A stretch of DNA of 64,000 bases from positions 14,383,375-14,447,374 of the forward strand of contig OZ316897.1 of the NCBI GenBank assembly GCA_973895155.1, in the 5' to 3' direction. The position numbers and the translations under genes were made by a program. The notes under the pieces were generated by a model. The model worked only from the letters and a program-made list of their open reading frames with translations, ran no database searches and was not told the origin of the DNA. This document shows positions 23,583 to 37,112 of this stretch, in pieces (position 1 is the stretch's first letter; the number at the start of each line of letters is the position of its first letter). This stretch comes from Marsupella aquatica. Taxonomy: Eukaryota; Plantae; Marchantiophyta.

Positions 23583-25235
23583 ATGGGCCCCGGGACGAGA
23601 CTCCTACTCGCTTGGTTTCTTCTCGTTCTGCTTGGTGTAATATGCCATGGCATGAAGTTCGACCGCGATTTCAATATCGTTTGGCAATCTGAGAACAATA
23701 TCCTCGCCAAGGATACTGCGGAGTCTGTCGATCTCACGCTTTCCAAAGCTGGAGGTGATTTTCCACGCCCGGATTTGTGATTTTGGTTTCTCCGATGGTC
23801 AGGTGTAGAGCATTTCAATTCGCGGTACAGTTCTTAAAGTGCAGAGTAGGGCTTTCTATATCAGTTGTGTAGGTGTTTGACTCGATCGCCACCGCAGAAT
23901 TCCTTCTGCTCGGGAAGGCATGAAATAAACTGGGCATTGAAATAGTTGACATATTCAGGACCCATCTAACGAGTTCCTGTCTCGGCTTCTTTTGCTGGCA
24001 GGCGCCAATTTCGAGAGCAGCGACCCGTTTTTGTATGGCTCGTTCAGTGTGAGAATCAAACTCGTTCCGGGCGAGTCTGCTGGGACTGTCACTGCTTTCT
24101 ACGTAAGCCTCTTTTCCTCAGCATAGAAGCCAGGTCTGTTGTGGGACGTCCTCTCATTCAGCCAAGGCATGGTATCTGCTTGGAAGTATGGATTTGAGTC
24201 CCTGATAGGACAGGTTTGCTAGTTCTATCGACAAGGTTACGTTCTAGATGTGTCATCCCTGCTATACATTTTAAAACGACCAATTGATCACATCAATGTG
24301 CTTCCTTAACGTTCCGATGCTTACCGATGTTCAGCATGTGCAAGTCCTTGATGGGAGTCGGTCCAGGTCCGTGAACTGTGTAGTCTTTTAGTGCTGTATT
24401 GATTGATTTTGTCTCTCTTGTGCAGCTTATGTCATTCAGCGAGCATCACGACGAAATAGACTTCGAATTTCTTGGGAATGAGACTGGGCAGCCTTACACG
24501 TTGCACACCAACATTTTCGTCAACGGTACCGGCGGTAGGGAACAACGCATTAAGCTGTGGTTCGATCCGACTGCCGATTTCCACACATACAAAGTTATTT
24601 GGAACCACTACCAAGTCTTGTAAGTTCCTTCGAACTGAATTCTGTTGGACATATGTCATGACATGATAGAGAACCTGTCAATGGCCTCAATGTGTTTACT
24701 GAATTTGTTCTTCGTACGGGTAATTTAGCTTCCATTGCATCTGTTTAAGCGAGGGCAGGGTATCTGAGGTTCCATTGCCATGGTTTCCAAGAACTAATAG
24801 CAACGTCGTCTCTGCAGGTGGTTAGTGGACGAAATCCCTATCAGATTTTACCGAAACCTTGAGCATATCTATCCAGGATCATATCCCCAGTTTCAACCAT
24901 TGGTAGTGTCCGCTTGTATATTCGACGGGAGTCTATGGGCAACACAAGACGGTACAAAGCCGATTCTGTGGGATCACGGTCCTTTCACGGTAAGCTTCCG
25001 AAAATTCCAGCTCGAAGCCTGCGCAGTTCCCAGAGGTACAGTCCCTCATGCTTGCGACAAGCATTACGAAGGTAATTGGTGGGAGGGTGTGTATTACCAA
25101 TCTTTGGACCAGAGTCGGCGAGATCAGTTGATGTGGGTCACGGCGAACTGGAAGATTTATGATTACTGCTACGACAGCAAACGCTACGTGCCCATGCCAT
25201 TAGAATGCGAGTACAACGTTCCTTGGGTATGGTAG
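23583..25235 (+). CDS. XTH: Xyloglucan endotransglucosylase/hydrolase (GH16); exons 23583-23754, 24002-24102, 24426-24619, 24818-25235
   Basis: Signal peptide; [15 protein letters not shown]; catalytic [14 protein letters not shown]; [18 protein letters not shown]; C-terminal [15 protein letters not shown] introns in matching phases, with the typical 101- and 194-bp internal exons. Confidence 0.95.
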
Positions 25236-28200
25236 ACAGCGGAAACCGCCAGAGTCGCTACCCGTTGGCTTCAACGGATTAAGTTTTGATGGATTTCAGT
25301 AGCAAAGCTGGACAGTGGCATAGGAAAATTAGGGGGGAGCGAACGTGAGTGTAAATTTGGGCAAAGAGCTCCACTGAGGGCCCTTTGTTGACACCTCGGT
25401 GAGGAAATGTGTGCGAATCTAGAGATCAGATTTAACCTGTGTTCATATGAGCTTTCGCAGTCCGATCCCGTACACACTGGCTGAGAACAGATAGAAATCA
25501 GCATTCTAAACAAGCAAGCCGGCTGCCAATTGATCGGATGTACATAAATCTCAACTTCAAGATGTTCGGTTACTTGAGAGGCGAATTGTCTTCTTTTGTA
25601 AGAATTATTTTGGTTATTTCAGTTCGCTATGTCACGCGCGGATTTAATCTAGAAATCAGGATTCTGTCTTCTAATATGTGACGAGCTCTACCGAGCTTCC
25701 AGCGATTGCGAAATTGGTACTGGAAAGCTCAGACGATCGTCGGATGCGGGCAAAAGTGATTGCTCATGGCTGTGGATGTACCAATACTGACGACGCTTCC
25801 ATTCAATACGAGTTGTGGACAATAAATGTAGCAATTCTAACAGACTAAATCATTATGGGGCTTTGTGTTGGCGGATAGAAGAAGTTGGCACGTTGAATGC
25901 AGTAAGTTGTGCTGAAGCGGAGTCATGACCATAGAAAAGGGATTAAAGCCGAAGGTTACTGCTGTATGTAACCCGTTCACCTCCTTTGTTTTGTCTTCAT
26001 GGATCAATTGACGCAATCTTTTCCGAGAGTACGCAACGTGACGGTGTATATTCTGTTATCATCGTGCTCTACCTCGACCCGCAACAGTACTGTTCTCCCC
26101 AGCTTCGTACCTGGTATTGTCATATTAGTAACCGTGACCATATATTCTGGCACCAAGGAAATCGAGCTTGAAAGGATAGCTGCTCCGACGTGAGTAAAGA
26201 CTGCTACAGTAGATTCTCCTGCTACATATTTGAAATTCTTTGCGCAAATTACTGTGAATCACCTTCCGCGACCTTTCCCAGTTATTCCTGCAAAGAACAT
26301 TGGCCAAGCACGACTACCGTCGTATTGCCCTGGCCACGGATGAAAGCCAAGAAGCACGAACGTCACAGTTTGTCCCGGGGGGTTTGGGATTTGCACGGTC
26401 CAAGATTGAGGTCGTACACAGTTTCTCCACTCCTGACTCTCTGTCCGATACTCACCGAACAACCGACTGACCGCCATTCTGTGGATTTCTATTTGCGCTC
26501 GTGGCAACTGTCGCGTACCTTGTTGGAAACCGTGACTCCCTGCACACCATGCCTACATAATTTCTGTGGACCCAGCAGTCTGTAGAGAACTTACAGACAT
26601 CTTTCCTGGTGGATGAAGGTATTATCTCTTTGAAGTTTGCTCCCCGAGTCCTCGCCCTCTTGTCCAGACAGGGTTCATTGTGGCGTCGTCATCTCGTCAC
26701 AATCTTCTGTTGCCGTGCGTTTGTGGTGAGTACAGTGTCGGACTGCATCTGTCCTTCCTGCAACATGCTTATCTCTACCGTAGTCCTCCCGATGCGTTTG
26801 CTCCATCTAATTTCTGTGTAAGTAGTGCGAGGTGGTGATTCAACGCAGTACGAAACCTCATAATCCAAGCAACAGGCACAGTAGATGTGTATGGCCGCAC
26901 CAACCGCCTTCTCACTAATCATTGCATGTATCAGCGCCTCACGGGCAAGTTTCCACACGCAAACCTCCTTCATTTCCTTCATTAGCCATTAATTGGCCGT
27001 CAATCACGTTAGCATTCCTTTCCTTCGAGTCCCCCTTGTCAGGAGCTCACACCACTTGACAAAGCGGGAAGCCGGGCGGCGATGAACATGTCAGCTAGGA
27101 TTGAGGTTCCCGTGAACGGACTGAAGATCTTTTGACTGTAAAATACTGCAGTAGAACGAACAAATGTGAGCCCCAAGTGAAAAGCCATAATCAACGAAAG
27201 GGCCACCAGCAAAGCCGGAGCCAGTTGCATGAAGATACAAGCTCATCGCAAATTCCTTTGTTTCGTAACGCACTTCTCATGCACTCTTGGTCGAACAGTT
27301 TTTGATGTACCAATCGTTATCAATGTAATGTCGCTAAACAAAATTTGGTTATGAAACATCTCTAAATATAAATATGGCGTGCTTGTGTTGTCTGGGTGTC
27401 TCTCTCGATCATGCATCACTCTGGGCAATCTGTTTTTCTACCAGGGGAGTGTTCCTCAACTACAGGATGCCTGATTGTAAGAAACACATTATCATTTGCC
27501 AGCATCACAACCTCGTTCTCACGATGCATGTCACTCCACACAAAAATTTATAGTCCTGCTCATCGGGGAGGGAATTTTCTCTCGATGACCGTAGAACTAG
27601 AATTATATTTTTCTTTTAATTATGCGGTCAATCTCAAGCACGACCGGGACGACAAGACTGCAGACAACAAATTCCAGACTTCCACAACGGTCAAACAGTT
27701 TGCCATGCCGCAAAATCCGTTGCAGAAATCGGTGAGGAGCCCAGCACATGACAAGCATCTTTCGACCACACCCTACTTTTCCTTTTGCTCCTGGCTGTGT
27801 GGAGATAGTGGAGTAGGCTGTCCGGATGTCGCCTTCACATCGTGTCTCCCATCATGAACCTTGAGATGGGTCTCAAGAGAAAAGGCGCAACTTGACTAAA
27901 AAGTAAAGGAGGACCAATTTCCTTATAAGGGGCACGCAAAGGACAATATTCTGAAAGTAAAAAAGAGAGGTCTAGAGAGTGCGCAAACTAAGCAAATGAT
28001 GGGTGTAAGATAAGGTATTGCAATAGGGTGATTCTCTAAGAATGATCCACATCTACAGTTGCATCTTAACGAAGTCTGCAAGCGGGACACGAGTGAGTGA
28101 AGAAAGTCTAATGAGTAAAAGCAAAAGAGTTTCCCGGAGTACATGAGTGTATTGAACAATGTCTAGTGAGTAAAAGCAAAAGAGTTCCCTAGACGATAAA

Positions 28201-28492
28201 CACCAAACCCAAAAGAAAGAGGGCAAAAGCAAACCCCAAGAAACCTAGAAAGAGTACAAACACATAAATACCTATCAGTCCAATAGTGGAATGGCCACAT
28301 GTAGCCAAGTCTCTCTCCTCACTCCTCTCGAGCTTGAGGTTTCAGCTCTGTAATTAGTGCAAGAGATTGCTAGCATTATGTTCGATGGAAAGCCACTTTT
28401 AAAGGATAGTTAGTTTTTACTTCAAATTGAGATTTGGGCTGATTGTTATCTTCAGTTTTGAAAATTATTTTCTTGAATTCATTAGAAATTGC

Positions 28493-28610
28493 TTGGAAAG
28501 ATCTTTCCAATGAACCTATTATACTCAAATTTCATTGAGAGTTGAGAGACCTACAAAATTTCAACGATGACCAAACAGTTTTCTTGTCCCCTTTTAACAT
28601 GTGTACTGTG
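28493..28610. repeat. Dispersed repeat copy with perfect 18-bp palindrome TTGGAAAGATCTTTCCAA; related copies at ~47585 and 59566/59634
   Basis: Shared core GAAATTGCTTGGAAAGA(T/C)CTTTCCAA and downstream ACAGTTTTC.TGTC...TGTACTGTG between the 28.5-kb and 59.6-kb copies. CAAGATCTTTCCAACGCC at 47585. Confidence 0.65.
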
Positions 28611-29059
28611 TACTCCATGAGCAAAAAGACGGTTTGCTGCAGTCCATCTGGTAGGCAAAAGTTTACATGGAGGTCCATTGGGGCTTGAATTTCGAGAGTC
28701 CCTTAGATTTAATTTAATATTTGGAAGCAAAGGATGGGGAGTTGCCCAGACATTTTCTCAGTCCTCCGCTCTCAGGTTTGTCATGTGGGTTTGCTACAGT
28801 CGTTCCAGTTCAACGTCATCAATTTCTGGCAGATAGATTTTCGTTGCTGAAGACCTGCCTGCAACCATAACAGCTTGCAAACACACATACAGTATGTGTC
28901 GTCAGAACAGAAATTGTATTTGTGACATTGGTCAGGCCAAAAAGCTGGGACCACTTGCCCAGATAATGAATATATGTGTCAACAACTAACCACTAGAGAA
29001 GAAAAAAGAAAATATAGAACTACCTGGAAACAAATTTGGCTGTCATATAAGTCAGAAGT

Positions 29060-29350
29060 ATAATGAGTTGGACCCGAAAAAATGGTAATTCCATCCCAAC
29101 GTCACTTTCCCCCAAACCAAATAAAATTCAGAATAAACAAAAGGGCATGCAACGACCTGATGATGCACTTCATCACTTCAAACGCTCTGACTGATTGGGT
29201 TGGCAGCAAGAAATATGTCTTTGTTTCTGCCCATCCAATTACAGTAGTCACCTGCTCAGACCTGCTCAGCTCTAATTTGATTTTCCTAACAATTCTAACC
29301 CATTTATCGTACTTTGCAATTGTCGCTGTGGTGATACACAGAGCCAATGA
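29060..29350 (-). pseudogene. Degenerate LINE-1-like RT fragment
   Basis: Minus frame WVRIVRKIKLELSR...KCIIRSLHALLFILNFIWFGGK*RW resembles the post-RT L1 segment (kirkkLssW...i.nFiW.g); heavily decayed. Confidence 0.35.
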
Positions 29351-32300
29351 ACATGAGTCGTGGTTATGGTTTGTATAGCACTACAATGCCACAGAAAAAA
29401 GCACCATTCCGGGTGACAGAATCCCTATGGCAAGAGACCCAAGAAAAGGGAGAAAATAAAAGATATACCTAGGAACCAAAGAGCCCAAGAGCAACAGATC
29501 TACAACCCCTGTGAACAACAAACTGAAAAGACTGGTAGGGGTCCAGAATAAACCCCACAAAAGCGTCACAAAGACAAATTTGACTAGATTCCCAAAATTA
29601 ATGGCCTTGACCCAACAAAGTTTAGTAAGTGCTTGAGCCTCAAGAGCAACCCACACCCCCTGCCAAAAAAGGCAGTGAGGACCTAAAGAGGAGAATAGGT
29701 TCTTAGCTCTATGCACAAAAAAACTTGCACAAGCCTAGAGAAATTGTAGAGAGTATCACTCGTCTAGACTTTCAAATCTACTGTTGGTTTTGATTCTTCA
29801 CTCTAGGAGAACTTCACCGACGACAGAGTATTTACTGCAAAATTCAGTGGGAAGAAGTACTTTTAAAGAATCATTCATTTATCACAAATTTTGAATAATT
29901 ATTGACTCAACCAATGAGGTAAGTGATGCACCTAAAATTGGTAAAATGTTGTAGATCATGCAGTTGGTAGTCCATAACTTTTTTGAACCTTAATTAGTAA
30001 GTTTGTTCTGTCTGCGACCTTAGCTATTACATCAAGGTCCGTCAGTTTTTTTAGGTTTGAGACCCCTTGTCTGTTATTGACATGACACTGAACTGGGTGC
30101 TAACAAGAGTCTACAATAGTATTATTGTACGGACTTGTGATAAGTGCAAAATGTGGAATTTTGCATTAATCAGTATTAGTGCTATAGTGCCTCCATGTGC
30201 AGTGGCTCTTCTGTTAGTGAACATTCTGGTGGCTCCCACACTTAATCGTTCATTTCTTCCCTGAGTGAACGTGACAATCCAGACCATAAGTGCAATTTGT
30301 ACTATGTCAGCAAGTGTAATTCAATGGGATCATGTGCTTATCTATAAGTGCTCATGTACGCTTATCAAAGGTTCACTTATAAAGTCATTGTTTAATAAAT
30401 GTTTTTCAGGCATGTTTTTCACTCACAGATGGTGCCAAGAAAAATGCAAACTCAGTGAAAAAAGGGAAGAAAGGGAATCCTTGCAGTTATTCAGGGGTTG
30501 TACTTACGGATTGTGCAATCAGAAAGAAACGACTGTAATCACTTGAGAATTTGTGTAATGAGTTGGTCACGAAGGAGGCTGGTTACTTTCTCGTGACCAA
30601 GGAGGTCTTGCTTAGTGAACTGCACGAAGTGCCCCAAACGAGAAAAAGGCACCCTACCAGCCCTAGAGGCCCTACTTCATGTAATAGAAGGAAGGGGTTT
30701 AAAAATTCTTTTCAGAATAAAGCTAGTTTTTCTAGCCTAGAAAATAAAGATTGGTCACTATATGCCAACTCCAAAAACTAGGAAAAAAAGATATGGAGTA
30801 TGATATGGAGATCTTAGCCATTTATTGGTACCCTCACTTTGTCACTAACTTATGTCCAATTTTTTCCCTTGTTTTCGAGTCGAGCTTTGTCTTTATATGG
30901 AGTTACCACCTCTAGACCTAGCCCTCGAAATTAGCTTATGTATGTCATGACCATAAGTCACTCTAAAGGCCAGTGAAAGAAAAAGAAAAAGAAAAACCTT
31001 TTGCACATCCCTGTGAAAAATCTATGGTCACTTGTATATGGCCAAAACTCATCCTCGTTTATGGCCAAGTGTCCGTAACTATGGAGTCGAACTTCTCAGT
31101 CTCAGATCAGGAAGTGACAGACAACAATCTCGTCTCGTGGCCGGAACCAATTGTCACAGCCGCTACGAATTGAATTCGGTGTCGATTACCTGCAGCATTG
31201 CAGCAAGCTCCTGAGACCTGACACACTTTTAGTTAAAGCTTCCAGTTGTAATAACAGACATCATTGCCTGCGATTGGCAGAATGAATGATTGCTGGAGTT
31301 CAGGAACTCGAAAGAACTCGTTCATGACTGGTCGTCCACGGTACAGAAGCGTCTCTCGCTTTGGGGCCGAGGAACTGGATGCAGGAAATTACAATATGCT
31401 CCTTCTTCTCTAGCTGGTGCTAAGCTGAATAAGCTTGAGGAATTCTAAGTTTACTGGCTTGCCAACATTTTGATTCCCAACTGTAGAATCTGTGCAGTTA
31501 CGTACCCTTGGAGCAAAAGAAAGCTGCCTCGGTGGCGTTAGTGCCGGTCACCCAGAGAAAACATAGTTGTGAAGGTGACCCTCCAATCAGTCAATGTTTC
31601 AACGACCCCGTGACTGCCTTGCTCCCTTTTCCTGACACCCGGACTGCAAATGTGACCAATAACTCATCCGCTCGCTGCAACACACAGTAGTGTAGAATTC
31701 TAGCTGGAAAGTAGTAGCTGCTAATGAGTTTGAGCTCCTCATTATTTTTATTTTTTTTGCCTCGAAAAAACTCAATTCATAAACTAAACTCGGTTCCCCC
31801 CCCGGGTGGTAGTCCTTCTGGGCCCCCCTCTCTGTATGCTCCTCACTATTTTACTCATGCACGTACAGAAGTAGCATCAGTAGTGCTCCACTTGGATGGC
31901 ATTCCTCCCTCTCCAACGCAGTCTGTCAGGTTTTCTCCTTCAATCATTCGTATAAACCTTTCCAATCGAGTTTTCTCGCAGGTTTGAAAGTTTCCCCACT
32001 CATGGCTGTGGTCCTTGTTTCTGATTGCAAGTGAAGGATGACTTTTGATAGTCCTTGTTTCGTTTTGTCCATGGTGGTTATCTGCTTTGTTGAATTTGTT
32101 CCAATAAATCCAAGGTTTATATCCACAGAGGAATGCCCACATTGTATGCTGCTCTCTGAATATAATTAAGTAAGATTATCGTTCTCTTGCCTGCTTACCC
32201 GTTCCGTGGGTATACGGATTTCGTTCGTAAGCATAAAGGGGGCACCATATTGACATGGCAACGATAAAGTGGATTTCTTGAACAGCTATATATGTTTCTG

Positions 32301-32868
32301 TTTCTACGTTAATCTGAGCATCTTCTGAGAGCTCCCCAAAAACAATCCTTTGCTATTCTCCCTCTAGCACGTCTGGTCGCACCGGACACAAGTCGATGTT
32401 CTCACATGTGAGAGCTCTAATGCCTTACCTTGACCTGTGGAATGTGGAGGACAGAATTACTTTAATTTGTAAAGGCGATCGATCTCTACACAGTACTAAA
32501 AGCTACAAGACAGTTGAGACCGTAACTATGTTGCTTACGATTGGCAGTTTGGTATACGGATTAACTGTATCACAAGCGTTGTAGAGTGTCTTGCTCTAAT
32601 AATAGTTTATATGTACATATCTGTAGAGTTTGTGGAAGGGTAAGCGTTACAGTGCACTTCTGCTTTCCTTCGTTGAAATAATAGCATGAATTCCATGCAT
32701 ATATGCGCACTCATGCATACTTTGTGCTCCAAAGATCCTCTGTTCGCATCGACGCTTCATTTCATCTTCAACACGAGCAGCCTTTGCGGCCATTGAATTA
32801 CAACAGGACCGAGGAGTTTGCAAAGGGCAGATTCGGTAGATTCGGTCAATATCATGTACATTTCTAAA

Positions 32869-33399
32869 TCTCTACACAATGATGGGAGGCTTTTAGGGGA
32901 CCAATATTTAAGAAGAAGATTTTAACTGAAATTGGACAACTGTAATTGTGGAATGGAGGGAGTATTAGATAATGTACCCGGAGGCCAATACTGAGTTCAG
33001 ATGCTGTAACTAATTCTTTCGGGTAGGAGCCTCAGTAAAACTATCTAATTCTTGTACGCTGGGCCAGGAAAATGATTAATCAATCAATCACGAGAATGTG
33101 TAAATGTGCCCCGATAAATCGATGTGGAGCATACGCTCAACAATAGCGTCAATGGTCTCTCTCACAAACTTTGTGAGTGGTGAATCTCGATTAGACGGAA
33201 ACCAGCCTTTGAAATATCCGCGGCACACAAATTGGAGCTTTTATGTAGTCAGAAAGGATAATCCCTCTCTAACCCTAAACTTTGTATGCACTTGTAGAAT
33301 CTCTTTGGGCAGTCCCGAATTCGGAGGGCAAGTGTCTTCTAAGCCAAGATAATTAATATCCCGTAAAATTTCCGCAAAATTTTACGGAAGATTTTCTAG
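32869..33399 (+). mobile_element. Probable non-autonomous Helitron (~530 bp)
   Basis: 5' A|TCTCTACACAATGATGGGAGG. 3' hairpin CCGTAAAATT-7nt-AATTTTACGG (33361-33387) then CTAG (33396-33399). The next base is C rather than the expected T. Confidence 0.4.
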
Positions 33400-34146
33400 C
33401 AATCAGTTGATTAAACCCTGTCTTGAACTTTCCTTTTCTTCGATCTTGGTTTGCATCAGAAAAACTATTCAGAGGTCTACCCAGAGTCTTGTTAGTAATT
33501 TAAGCTTGAAGCATAATCTAAACATAACTTTAGACTTCAACGGCGACATGACTGGACAAATACAAATTAGAGGAAAAACACGAAAGACGGAACAGCTTCG
33601 TTCTGTTTATGTTTGCTTAGAGCGTTGTCAGCAAATTTGTGGTGTTTGCTCATCTTGCTCAATACAAGGGCCTCTTAAGACAGAGCATCTGCTGTCAAAA
33701 TGGACAGGGGCATCGTTACGGACATGATGAATTGAAATACACTCAAGAGGATCGCTGTAAAGGTGTTTCAAGTGTTTGATTTACGATTCAATTCCTTGCT
33801 CATAAGAAGTATTGCATGTCAGTTGTCAAGAATCACGTTCGTATATTCAAAAGAGAGTACAGTCACAAGAAAAAGTTTTTTGAATCTCTCAATGACGCAC
33901 GGTGATTTTCCAGCTCATTGCAAAAATTAAGAAAAGTGGAGGACTATATGCAGATTCTTCTATTTTCGTGACCAGAGCAAGCTCGGCCAGGTTACATGCA
34001 TAATTAGGCCAAAGCAGTGGCCGCCCTTCCAAATTGCATGTCCAATGAAGCCACCGCAAGGCCTGGCACTTAATTCAACAGATTTACTTGAGCTAAAACC
34101 GGCTAGTCTAGCAATTTTTCTTCCGACTGAAGAGCTTCGTAGCATA

Positions 34147-36036
34147 CTACGAGTTACTTGGCTTCACCAGAAATATGATCTCGTTGCGTTTTCCTAAAAG
34201 ATGATAGAGGGTGAGCAGCAAAAGTATTAACGAAATTGCAGAAAACCCAATGTTGAAGGACAAAGCGAATTCCAAAAGTCGAGAAGTAAAGAATGCCGAA
34301 GTCCAGAACATTGCCGTATTTTGAGTATCTTTGGGCATCTTCACAAAAAATGTGTGGCGATAGTAATATCACCAAAAAGAAATTCTTACCGTACTTGAAA
34401 GATTGGATGGCTGTCCATATAAAATTAACTATGGGCTGAAAATTTCCAGACGGGATATCGTTTCCCTCTCAATTGAAGATGAATTTAATTTTAATCACTA
34501 CGCTCCGTTAAATCTCGACCAGATCTGCTTTCACCAGCTAGAATTGTATGTTTCTAGTTCCCTCTCTTCCTATCATTCCTGTAATTTCTACTCTACCGAA
34601 ATCTTCGAGTTGCAATCTCCCCTCCGTTTCCAGGCATCTTGTCTAATCCACTGGGTCATGAAGACCCTCGCCTTGTGACGTTATGGTTAGTGCAGAACAA
34701 TAAGTTGTGCAGAACAATAAGTTGTGCAGAACAATAAGTTGTGCATGCAAGTAGCTTTACATCTGAAGAAAATGACTAATTCTGCGGTTACCAGTGCCAA
34801 AATTTCCTTTCAAGGGGTTGCAAAGGGGCCACCGCGTACGAATGCATATACATGAAGTAGCGCTTCTTCCGTCCTCCGAATTTCTGATTACTCCGCTTCG
34901 GTTTGGCAAGCCCGCAATAGTCCGTGGAGCTGTGCTCGATGGGCAGTCGAGGGAGCCTCGTGAAGCTGTTGCATCCTCCGCAATAGGTGCGTACCGTGAG
35001 CCGGTGCTCGTCCTGATGTTCAACTAGCATGTTGTGGCATCCTTCTACTGAGTCATGGCAGTCGCAAAACCGCACTAGCCTGTGTGGAGACCTCTTGGCT
35101 CTTTTCTGAAATGAATCCGAGAATTTATGTTAGAACCGAACGTTTTACCAATCACCACGCTACTGAATGATTTCTCTTCTTTTTCGACTCGCGAGACAGT
35201 AATTGAACCTCTCATCTCAGATCCGAAGGGTTTTGCTCTGCTCGGTTGTCGGGCACTGTCCTTGATCTAATCTTTATCTAATTAAGTTCTTCTGATATAG
35301 GATCATGCGATGGGTCGATCCTCAATTGATGTACTCAACCCTGTGGTATCGTTGCTTGCAGGGAGAATTTCCTATATATACGTCACTACTGGGGCGTGAA
35401 ATGAACTTCGTGATCTGTTCGACACTTTTCAAGACAACAATGAAAGTCCTTATCGACGACCCACAACCGACAACCGATAGGATTCAGTTCTGCATATAAA
35501 TCCTTAAAAGCATCTTAAATCGATGCTTGTGGATGATGCTATTAAACCTTGATACGGATATAAATCCTGTACTATGTTAAATTGAAGCATGTAGATGATG
35601 CTGTTAACCCTTTATTTTATTATTCTATGTAGACAAGTATCCATCATAGCCCACAGCCGCACTTGTGTGGGAAAATTGGGACTGTAGTGAGTCGTGCAAC
35701 AAGAATGAAGGTACTATCAAGCTCGTAGTTTAATACATGCAAACTACATGTGTCCCTTACAGCTTCAATGGCTGCCATTGCCATAGGTCCAAGGCTCTTT
35801 CGCCGGACAACGGGATCTGGCTCATCTTCAAGATGCAATTTCATCAAGTTCTGTGCGTAAGCATTGATGACCGTGTTTGGGCAACCGCAAATTTGTTCAG
35901 GGCATGGTGGATTTGGATCTTTTGGTTGTAGCTCTGGTTCGACAACTGTTGACTTCGTGATTTTGCCTTCCTTTGACCGTGCCAGTGCCGGTGCTGATGA
36001 TGGCGGCTTATCAGAAAATCGAACTCCCGGTGCCAT
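34147..36036 (-). CDS. Putative multi-exon hypothetical gene or gene relic, function unknown
   Basis: ATG-initiated exon 36036-35761 (MAPGVRFSDK...MAMAAIEA) ends at a GTAAGG donor. Further AG/GT-bounded open segments lie at ~35106-34790, ~34660-34590, ~34435-34390 and ~34194-34147. I could not build a fully phase-consistent model. Confidence 0.35.
34690..34745. repeat. Minisatellite, 3.3 x 17 bp
   Basis: GTGCAGAACAATAAGTT x3, perfect. Confidence 0.95.
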
Positions 36037-36394
36037 GGATGTTTAACCTCAAACTTTACCCAGGTTACAACTGCCAGCCGTTACAATCCGAACCTCCTTA
36101 GCCCTTTCAATATGACGTTTGGTGCATGTCATGACGCTTGGAGGATGCCATGGCTTTTGTTGACACCCGTTCACGTTTACCATAATTTCACATCACGGAC
36201 GGAATATGCTACAGAGGATGATATAACTTATCTTACCCACCATGCTGCTGCTGTGGTCAATTTTCCTATCCACGATGCTTCTTTGGTCAATTCAAGGTAT
36301 ACATGTGCTACTACAAATCAGGGGTTTACATTACATTCATGTAATGCATACACAGATTTTGCACTTTTATATTGTAGATCGATATTACCATCGA

Positions 36395-36940
36395 TTTGCT
36401 AAAGTATTGTCATCATGTGCAGCTGGGAATCACAGTTTTGCTAAAGTATTATAATCGTATGTAGCTGGAAATCATAGTTTTGCCAAAATACTGTGATCGT
36501 CTGCAGCTGGAAAGATGTTTACACGGGCCATTTTCTCGACACACGAGTCCAATTGTTACATCAGTGACTGGGTAGTATCCCATTTTTTAATAGCAGCAGA
36601 TTTATGTTATGAAGAATCAAGTTCTGCCAAGATACTGTGATCGTATGCAGCTGGAAAGAAGTTTACACCGGCCACTCTCAATACACGAGTTTCAATGTCA
36701 CATCAATGACTGTTAGCTGTGAGTATCACATTTTTGATAGCTTCAGATGTATGTTAGACTGGAAGTGATTTTTAAATTGGAACAATTTCCGTGATCTAAC
36801 TTAAGTTTTCAGCGTTAATCGGGAAGTGAAAACAGTTACTCTTCGACGAAGAAAATTTCACAGATGGTGTTCGAACTGTTGACAGATACATGATGAAGAA
36901 ATTTCCACAGATGGTGTTGTAACTGTGACAGATACATCAT
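36395..36940. repeat. Cluster of degenerate tandem duplications downstream of the LEA gene
   Basis: ~42-bp unit TTTGC(T/C)AAA.TA.T.T.ATC.T.TG.AGCTGG.AA x3 (36395-36515), a further duplicated block at ~36622-36750, and a ~45-bp unit GAAGAAA.TT.CACAGATGGTGTT...GACAGATACAT x2 (36848-36938). Confidence 0.7.
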
Positions 36941-37112
36941 GGTCAAAGAAGAAACGTTCTCCTTGTCAACGTAAAGTTCTCAAAATTTCGTTTCAACTGT
37001 TACAGATGAAAGATAATTTTACACAACGTTTGTTAACGTTCTCATCCTGTACACAACTTTTCAGCTGCTACTTTCCTCAGCTACTTTGATTTTTACATCT
37101 ACGGCAACAGAT

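Noticed and set aside
26590-27230. Signal-peptide-like ORF followed by Cys-rich fragments on the minus strand
   Set aside because: Interrupted by stops in all frames and not assignable to a family.
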